A stretch of 35,271 nucleotides of DNA. Origin: Octopus bimaculoides. Taxonomy: Eukaryota. Positions 34,605 to 35,271 of the stretch are shown here, in pieces. The translations under genes and the position numbers were made by a program. Under the pieces are notes generated by a model, which did not search any database, was not told where the DNA came from, and saw nothing but the letters and a program-made list of their open reading frames with translations. The stretch is from the NCBI RefSeq assembly GCF_001194135.2, contig NC_069010.1, positions 9,340,468 to 9,375,738 of the forward strand, written 5' to 3'. Numbering within the stretch: the stretch's first letter is position 1; every line of letters begins with the position of its first letter.

Positions 34605-35271
34605 ACGCCTGACAGTAATTTGAATGCTAAGGGGTTTAAAATCACTCCCAGAAAAACCAAAATTGGCAACTGAAGAGCTAGAACGATAACACCACAGCAT
34701 GGACAAGTCTTGAGTTAATTTCCCAGAATGCTCTCACCAAAGATCAAGTACTACAGAGACAACTGTCTCTTGTAAGTGCACATTCTGCTGTGGGTGGAGG
34801 TATCAGGTGGGGGGTTAGTAGTAGTATTGACTGCTATTTTTAGCAGCCACATTGTCTCCTCGCTTAGGTTCCCTGCGGCTTGTTTGGATGTTTGTTTGTT
34901 CTTTTTTCTAAATGTAAGTGAAAAGGTTATTTAAGGGCCACTAAAATTGGTGGTGGTGGTGGTGGAGACGATGTAGTTAAGGGTAGATGAATGGATTGTT
35001 ATTCAGGGGTGCACAAACAGGTGGGTTGCAGTTGAGACAGCAGCAGAAGGGTGGCAGAATGTCGGTAGGTGGGGTGGGTGTGGGGGGTATTGTAGATGAT
35101 GGGAGCCATGGAAAGGTGGGAGGCTGTTGTGGATTTCTAAATCACCCTTCCCCCACCTTTTCTTCTCTGTCCTTCCCCTATTCTTTAATCTTCTCTTTCC
35201 CATAATCATTAACTGCCGACAATGCCTCCCCCCACTTACTTCTTCTTTCTCATAATCTATGCAGTTTACTC

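Overview
AT-rich, microsatellite-laden eukaryotic genomic scaffold with many N gaps. The repeat vocabulary (tRNA-derived SINEs with (GAT)n/(AAT)n tails, (TA)n/(CA)n tracts) suggests a coleoid cephalopod, probably Octopus; this is an inference. Three recognisable intron-containing genes are present: (1) the first coding exon of a cytochrome b5 on the minus strand (4664-4843); (2) a complete four-exon, 136-aa fatty-acid-binding-protein (FABP/iLBP) gene on the plus strand (11713-15678); and (3) the last six coding exons of MTO1/GidA (mitochondrial tRNA modification enzyme) on the minus strand (17108-21429), tail-to-tail with the FABP. Three phase-compatible candidate exons (28882-28912, 25929-25971, 23417-23581) may be the 3' end of an unidentified minus-strand gene lying where an MTO1 intron should be. 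The rest is transposon debris: three SINE families, Tc1/mariner remnants, R4/Dong-like retroelement fragments, a TTAA-flanked piggyBac-like MITE, and a young 235-bp MITE with a 9-bp TSD and an internal TTAGGG array. I see no prokaryotic-style system (CRISPR, operon). The most notable items are the telomeric-repeat MITE, exons bracketed by inverted repeats, a splice acceptor that uses an (ATT)n microsatellite, and the possible nested gene.
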